A DNA stretch of 64,000 nt from IMG/VR virus record IMGVR_UViG_3300045738_002037, positions 32,001-96,000 of that record; one strand, given 5' to 3'. This document shows positions 58,858 to 64,000 of the stretch, piece by piece. Under the pieces are notes generated by a model. It ran no database searches. It was not told where the DNA came from and saw only the letters and a list, made by a program, of their open reading frames with translations. Within the stretch, counting starts at the first letter, position 1, and each line of letters opens with the position of its first letter. The translations under genes were made by a program, and so were the position numbers. This DNA is from a virus.

Positions 58858-59257
58858 CTAAATTATCTGGTGTTTCTATAATTCCAGTTGCCATTCTAAT
58901 ATGATCTTTCATCAAATTCCCATCTTTTCTATTGAGAATCTCTTTTACCATTTTTATATACTTCTTCTTGCCAATGTATTTACGCGAAAACATCCATACT
59001 AAATCATTATTTTTCTTTTTATTCTTACAATCTCTACAGCACGGCAATACATTGGCCGGAACATTAGCAGCGCCATCCTTTAACGGAAAAGCATGGTCTA
59101 ACATTTCTATCAACGATTCGCTGCAATATGCACAATTGCCTTCAAGTTCCTCAATGATTTCAATGATGTCTTCAATTTCTAATTGACTGTATATAGAGTA
59201 CTTCTTGGCTCTGTAACGAGCTTGTCGCACCCAACTGCTAATTGATTTATTATCCAT
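58850..59257 (-). CDS. HNH endonuclease
   Basis: CAYC...DHAFPL...NVLPCCRDCKNKK. Confidence 0.82.
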   Translation of the reverse strand: MDNKSISSWVRQARYRAKKYSIYSQLEIEDIIEIIEELEGNCAYCSESLIEMLDHAFPLKDGAANVPANVLPCCRDCKNKKKNNDLVWMFSRKYIGKKKYIKMVKEILNRKDGNLMKDHIRMATGIIETPDNLDE

Positions 59258-59285
59258 TTAAAACCCCTAGCACTGGAAGTAAAAA

Positions 59286-60353
59286 ATGTTCCAGCCCAGG
59301 ACGCTAAGCAATTCTTTAGGATTGTGTTTATCACGTGATGTGTCTGCTGCCCCATTTAATCACTGTTCTTCAGTCTGTGCTGTCAGCAACGGAGCGATGA
59401 TCGCCTGGTATGCTGGTTCGGGTGAATGTAAAAATGATCAAAGTGTCTATTTTATTTTTATTGACAAATATGGTTTGTCAGATATAATTAGATTGGGAGA
59501 TAAGACAGGTAATCCTATATTATGGAAACACGGTAATACAATTATTGCTCTTTGGTCATATTTTGAAAACGATGACGATATAGTTAATTTAGTAGATCGT
59601 TGGAAATATTGTAGCTTATGGATGCAAGAATGTTCAATAGGAGTGAACAACAAAGGCAATAAAACAATATTGTTTCACGGTAAACCGCAATTGTTGGCCG
59701 ATAAAAATGAACACTTATTAGCCAGATGCAATCCATTATTTTTAGATAATGGAAACACATTATTGCCGTTATATGACGAATTAAATAGGCAAGGAATAAT
59801 TTATGGCGGTAAAGGAATGGATTTAGAAGAAATCAGCAAAATTGGAGATAAAGATAATATTATACAACCAACATTATGGTTAGAAAGACAAGATGATTTA
59901 TCAACTAAAATATGTGCATTGTTTCGAAATATGAATAGAAGCGAAAATAAAGCAAAATATTCAGAATCTTTGGATTTTGGAAATACGTGGAACGATGTCA
60001 CACCCACCAGCATATTCAATAAAAATAATTCTGCGCATGTCGTACGCCACATGAATGATAATATAATAATATGGAACAATTCAGCATATGGAAGGGACAA
60101 TTTAACACTTGGAACATTACAACATAATACCCACGCAACACCGATTCAAGTGTTAGATCATTTACACGGATCTTATCCGTCAATATCAACTAGCATTGAC
60201 AAAATTCACTTCACTTACACAACAAATAAAAGGACAATATCATATAATGTGTGGGACAGACAATACTTCGAATCCACAACAAGAAGAAGAAATCCCATTA
60301 GACAATTTAGAAGAAAAACCAATAAAGGAGAAAACTCCGCCAATATATTATGA
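59286..60353 (+). CDS. BNR-repeat / sialidase-like beta-propeller
   Basis: HCSS, AWYAGSGE, GNPIL, LPLYDE, IQPTL, Asp-box SLDFGNTW, SYPSI. Confidence 0.82.
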   Translation: MFQPRTLSNSLGLCLSRDVSAAPFNHCSSVCAVSNGAMIAWYAGSGECKNDQSVYFIFIDKYGLSDIIRLGDKTGNPILWKHGNTIIALWSYFENDDDIVNLVDRWKYCSLWMQECSIGVNNKGNKTILFHGKPQLLADKNEHLLARCNPLFLDNGNTLLPLYDELNRQGIIYGGKGMDLEEISKIGDKDNIIQPTLWLERQDDLSTKICALFRNMNRSENKAKYSESLDFGNTWNDVTPTSIFNKNNSAHVVRHMNDNIIIWNNSAYGRDNLTLGTLQHNTHATPIQVLDHLHGSYPSISTSIDKIHFTYTTNKRTISYNVWDRQYFESTTRRRNPIRQFRRKTNKGENSANIL

Positions 60354-60466
60354 AAACGACGACAACTATAAATCTTTTGACACCGCATAAAACATTTTAC
60401 ATTGGGTAAATGTGTGGCGGTTGATAATCGTCATCTTCATTATTGCTAAATAACCCACGCAACCAG

Positions 60467-61360
60467 CTAAAAGGAATAGATAGCAGCATTATAATTCTTA
60501 TTATTGGATACTTCCACCATTTCATAATTATCATCCAATTGATTGATCGCCGTTTTCAATAAATAAGCAGTAGCTCTATGCCTCTCAATTCTGGGATGGC
60601 CAGTGTTATCTTCGGTTAATTCGCTAAACTTTGTAACCACTAACTTACTTTTCCCAATATATTCACATCTAGATTTAACAAATTCTATATCATACCCCGC
60701 ATGCGCATACCATGAATACGGATAACGTTGATTATTGATCATATAAATAAATTTACATTTTAATCCATCATACAACATTTTTATATAAGCCCAATCAGAA
60801 TCAATTATTTTCCTTATAACTGCTTTAGGGGCGTCCCATGTCTTTCTATGATTTTCAAACCATATTGGGATATATGGAGGAGGCGGAGCATTACTATGCC
60901 ACGCAAATTCATTTTCATCATTGCCACAAGATTGGCGGAATATTTCTTCTGGCAAAAACACAGAAGGAGTCCTGTTTGGCTCCATTATTTGCAATATTAC
61001 AATATCGGGTTTAGCTTTTATATAATCAGATAATCTATACTTATAGTGAACATATGTTCCCCCGCCGCAAAGCCCACAATTCCATACATCATCATTCGGC
61101 AATAAAGATCCCAAAATAGATGGATACGCATGTTGCGGCCTTGCTATCTCAGGATTATCAGTTGATGCGGCGCGGCCCACGTCGGCAGTTGTAAATGAAC
61201 AACCAATGCATAATATTCTTCTTTCTTTTCTATTTGGAGGCTTTGGATTTTTTATTAATTTAACAAACAAGTCCCCGGATTTTACGTGGGACGGGCCAGA
61301 GAATTTAGAGCCAGGGTTAAAGTCTGGCATTATCAACGGATAATAGCAAGAATCATTCAT
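60467..61360 (-). CDS. SGNH/GDSL hydrolase-like protein
   Basis: IGCSFT (block I variant), YP, VWNCGLCGGG, DNTGHP. Confidence 0.72.
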   Translation of the reverse strand: MNDSCYYPLIMPDFNPGSKFSGPSHVKSGDLFVKLIKNPKPPNRKERRILCIGCSFTTADVGRAASTDNPEIARPQHAYPSILGSLLPNDDVWNCGLCGGGTYVHYKYRLSDYIKAKPDIVILQIMEPNRTPSVFLPEEIFRQSCGNDENEFAWHSNAPPPPYIPIWFENHRKTWDAPKAVIRKIIDSDWAYIKMLYDGLKCKFIYMINNQRYPYSWYAHAGYDIEFVKSRCEYIGKSKLVVTKFSELTEDNTGHPRIERHRATAYLLKTAINQLDDNYEMVEVSNNKNYNAAIYSF

Positions 61361-61718
61361 CCTCTTCGCACAGCCCTTTTATAATATCGTTTATATCAGC
61401 ATATTCTATATCATCATCATTCATAACTTCGCTGGGCAACGCCGGGTCTATTAAAACGTCTGTAACACCGCCCAATAAACTAATTGCTTCCAACACTTCA
61501 ACCGCTTTACTGGCCTCCGCACAAACTAATAAACTTAGCGTTCTAGATTCACCAAAATTTTCTCTCAAAAGGACATTCATCTGAGTTTGCCATAACCCAG
61601 CTTTTTCGGCATTTGTAAATATCGGCAATATAGCAACGCCATCTTTTTCATACGAAAACAATTTCTGATTCTTCACGAAATTGCCGTATCCAAAGACAAT
61701 CATCGGCATATTTAACAT
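61353..61718 (-). CDS. SseB-like hypothetical protein
   Basis: LPIFTNAEKA...VLIDP. Confidence 0.55.
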   Translation of the reverse strand: MLNMPMIVFGYGNFVKNQKLFSYEKDGVAILPIFTNAEKAGLWQTQMNVLLRENFGESRTLSLLVCAEASKAVEVLEAISLLGGVTDVLIDPALPSEVMNDDDIEYADINDIIKGLCEEDE

Positions 61719-61758
61719 GATGCACCTTAATTAATGCCAAATAACAAAATTGCATAAT

Positions 61759-62184
61759 TTATCTACAATCATCCTGCAAAGCAATAATGCTTACAGAATA
61801 ATCTGATACTAACAATACGCCCTGTTGAGTCACCAAAGTCAATTGGCCTTGCACGCCGTTTCTCTTTGTGAATATTAACGGAATACCATAGCGTTCCAGA
61901 TCACATTCATGGACTATCTTCCCAGGACCATAAGACACAGCGCCGGTTAACGTAATTCTCTTAAACGGTATGCATCCCGGAACATTTACAGGATATCTCT
62001 TATGAATAACGATTTTAACATTATAGATATTTGTTATTATTAATTTGTTTCTATGTATAAATGCAAAAGTAAAATCTTCTAAAATATTAGGAACTCCATG
62101 CTTCTCATATTCTTCTGGAGTAATAATTTTAACATCACTAAACGACTGCCCGTCTGTCAACGAAATTAATGCGGCTTTATACAT
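61759..62184 (-). CDS. hypothetical protein (two internal repeats)
   Basis: ISLTDG..EKHGVP and ITLTGA..ERYGIP duplication. Confidence 0.6.
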   Translation of the reverse strand: MYKAALISLTDGQSFSDVKIITPEEYEKHGVPNILEDFTFAFIHRNKLIITNIYNVKIVIHKRYPVNVPGCIPFKRITLTGAVSYGPGKIVHECDLERYGIPLIFTKRNGVQGQLTLVTQQGVLLVSDYSVSIIALQDDCR

Positions 62185-62273
62185 ATTATATCTCGAAAAT
62201 TGATTTTAATAACTTTATATTATTTTTATAACAGTAGTTGAAGGCGATTTAGCCAACAAATAAAACGGCAACA

Positions 62274-62954
62274 TTACTCATTAAGCCCTTCTTGAGCTTT
62301 TTCTTCCACATAATCCTTAAAATATTTATGCAATATTGTGTTTAATTCATCAAAATCAACAGCAACAATATCAAATATGCTATGTTTTTCGGCGATACCG
62401 GCGGGAATCGTCCCGTCCCGCACGGGGCGATTTGTGCCATCTCGCGGAAGACCTGCCAGAGGACCATTTTTCGCATATAATGGTTCATAATTTATGGCTG
62501 TTACTTTACAGTCAGTTAATTCATTATAATCAGGCGATCCTGGGTAATCATAAGTCGAAGGTTCGCCAGGCTGATGATCCCAGTCCAATTCATACTCTAG
62601 ATGATAAATAGCATCGCTAGCGTATTCATCTTCTATATTATCTAACGGGTTAGTCTTATCTTGCTGTGTCTTATCTTGCTGTGTTTTTCTTTTTAAAGGC
62701 ACAGGCACAGCAGGATACTCCGGCACATATCCAATTTCTTCAATATCAATAGTATTAGAAGGACGCGTCCAGCCACTTTGTTCGTCTCGACCAGCATCTT
62801 CGTCTCGATCACCATATTCGTCTCGATCAGACCTCGAAACCGCGAACTCGTCAGCGTCTTCAAGATCTTTATATTCAGAATTAAACTTATCCGGATCTTC
62901 CGTAATGAACATAGCAAGTTGATCGATAGTCTTCTTATCTATTTTCTTATTCAT
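62274..62954 (-). CDS. acidic putative internal head protein with the ITEDPD leader
   Basis: LAMFITEDPDKFNSEYKDLEDADEF. Confidence 0.65.
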   Translation of the reverse strand: MNKKIDKKTIDQLAMFITEDPDKFNSEYKDLEDADEFAVSRSDRDEYGDRDEDAGRDEQSGWTRPSNTIDIEEIGYVPEYPAVPVPLKRKTQQDKTQQDKTNPLDNIEDEYASDAIYHLEYELDWDHQPGEPSTYDYPGSPDYNELTDCKVTAINYEPLYAKNGPLAGLPRDGTNRPVRDGTIPAGIAEKHSIFDIVAVDFDELNTILHKYFKDYVEEKAQEGLNE

Positions 62955-62984
62955 TTTATGAAAGCCTCAATAAACACAGCTTCA

Positions 62985-63668
62985 TTAAATTTCCTGAGCT
63001 ATAATGTCCCCTTCATATCCCCTATTAATACTTCTACCGGGACGTCCTTCTTTACCTGGCCTCTTAGCACCCTTCGAATAATATGTAGGCTTTAAGCCTT
63101 TTGATCTATGATAAAGTTCATTAGACAAAGCTCTTAAAAGTTTTGCGTAGTCATTGTCCTCGCCATACATCCATGAAGGTTTGTTTCCTAAAGCCTTTTT
63201 TTCTGGGTCCGACAATCTTTTAAGAAGGGCAACTGTCCAATCGTAAACAACTTCGTATTTCTCTTCCCAGTCTCGTTGTTTATCTGTAGTTTCGGGGTGA
63301 TGACCCCATTTACCTTGCGTATCAGCAGCAGACATCGTAGCGGGCACATCGTCTTGCGCATCAGCAGCAGACATCGCATCAGCTACTTCTTCAGAATCGC
63401 CGCTCGGTTCTGCCTCTGCCTCTTTATCCTTTTTACCCCAACCTAACTTTTTCTTTGCCCAGTCTAACGGCCCTTCATTGATCAATGCGTCAGTGTCTTC
63501 AGATAAAACACGAACCACACCTACCATATTATGCCATGCGACGGCCTCAGCAAGCTCGTCAATAGAATCAGAATATTTTACAAGAGTGCACTGAAGATGA
63601 TTAAACTTTGCGGGTTCATCGCTAATCATAGACGCGATAAGACTAGGATCAATCTTTCTGTTTTGCAT
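62985..63668 (-). CDS. putative internal head protein with a related leader
   Basis: KIDPSLIASMISDEPAKFN; INEG motif. Confidence 0.65.
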   Translation of the reverse strand: MQNRKIDPSLIASMISDEPAKFNHLQCTLVKYSDSIDELAEAVAWHNMVGVVRVLSEDTDALINEGPLDWAKKKLGWGKKDKEAEAEPSGDSEEVADAMSAADAQDDVPATMSAADTQGKWGHHPETTDKQRDWEEKYEVVYDWTVALLKRLSDPEKKALGNKPSWMYGEDNDYAKLLRALSNELYHRSKGLKPTYYSKGAKRPGKEGRPGRSINRGYEGDIIAQEI

Positions 63669-63837
63669 TTTTCTTTTCCTTTTTATTGCTTAAACCCATC
63701 TTTTTAATGTATTCGTCCCTTTGTTTAGGGTCCACCAAAAAAGATAAGCGTTCATCATCTCCTTCATCACCAACAATGCTGTTGGGATAATTAGCTATTA
63801 CTTTCCAATGACCTTCCAAAATACGATTTAATTTCAT
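63649..63837 (-). CDS. small protein with an MKLNRILE leader
   Basis: TAATG coupling. Confidence 0.6.
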   Translation of the reverse strand: MKLNRILEGHWKVIANYPNSIVGDEGDDERLSFLVDPKQRDEYIKKMGLSNKKEKKNAKQKD

Positions 63838-64000
63838 TACGATGTAGACAAAGAAACAACTGGGTCAACAGCATGATTGGCGTACCCCGCAGAGCCAACC
63901 TGTAACAGCCCTGGCAATCGTAACCATTCTTGTTGACCATGATTCCAACCAGTTTGCTGGCCGGAACCACTTTCGAGTCGAGTTACAGACTCACCGGTTA
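63837..64000 (-). CDS. 3' end of a gene entering from beyond the window
   Basis: Open frame ...TGESVTRLESGSGQQTGWNHG...LSTS* ending at TAA 63839..63837. Confidence 0.65.
   Translation of the reverse strand, partial: TGESVTRLESGSGQQTGWNHGQQEWLRLPGLLQVGSAGYANHAVDPVVSLSTS

Noticed and set aside
58850-59257. HNH gene as part of a mobile intron or defence system
   Set aside because: Free-standing, no interrupted gene on either side, and no partner genes recognised.

Overview
An AT-rich, densely coding segment of a large lytic tailed-phage genome (T4-like/jumbo myovirus, standard genetic code). Most genes lie on the minus strand. Left third: primase, baseplate-hub chaperones, three tail-tube paralogs, a 977-aa tail sheath, tail-terminator and neck proteins, and a 1592-aa modular tail fibre. 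Middle: a sugar-modification set (GDP-mannose 4,6-dehydratase, at least four glycosyltransferases, three sulfotransferases, a methyltransferase, a PRTase-HAD fusion), a sigma-70-family sigma factor and probable internal head proteins. Right half: a replication/recombination module (Holliday junction resolvase, 5'-3' exonuclease, gp32-like SSB, UvsY-like protein, short degenerate PolA, GroES, DnaB-like helicase, RecA, PHP-less DnaE, inactivated RNase H fold), CsrA, an HNH nuclease, a BNR/sialidase-like protein and an SGNH hydrolase. Notable signals the ORF track does not show: (1) a tRNA-shaped RNA after the sigma gene with a GAAA tetraloop in place of the anticodon loop and a 31-nt D-loop insertion; (2) a probable +1 frameshift (UUU UUU C) fusing the gp26-like and gp51-like tail chaperones; (3) RBS-occluding hairpins with promoter-like motifs in their loops; (4) shared N-terminal leader peptides on unrelated proteins; (5) a chimeric gene built from two other genes, with 70-75-nt perfect-identity patches; (6) a GGA-rich leader on the csrA operon. 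Several weak clues suggest a Planctomycetota host. All calls come from motif recognition by eye; no searches were run.
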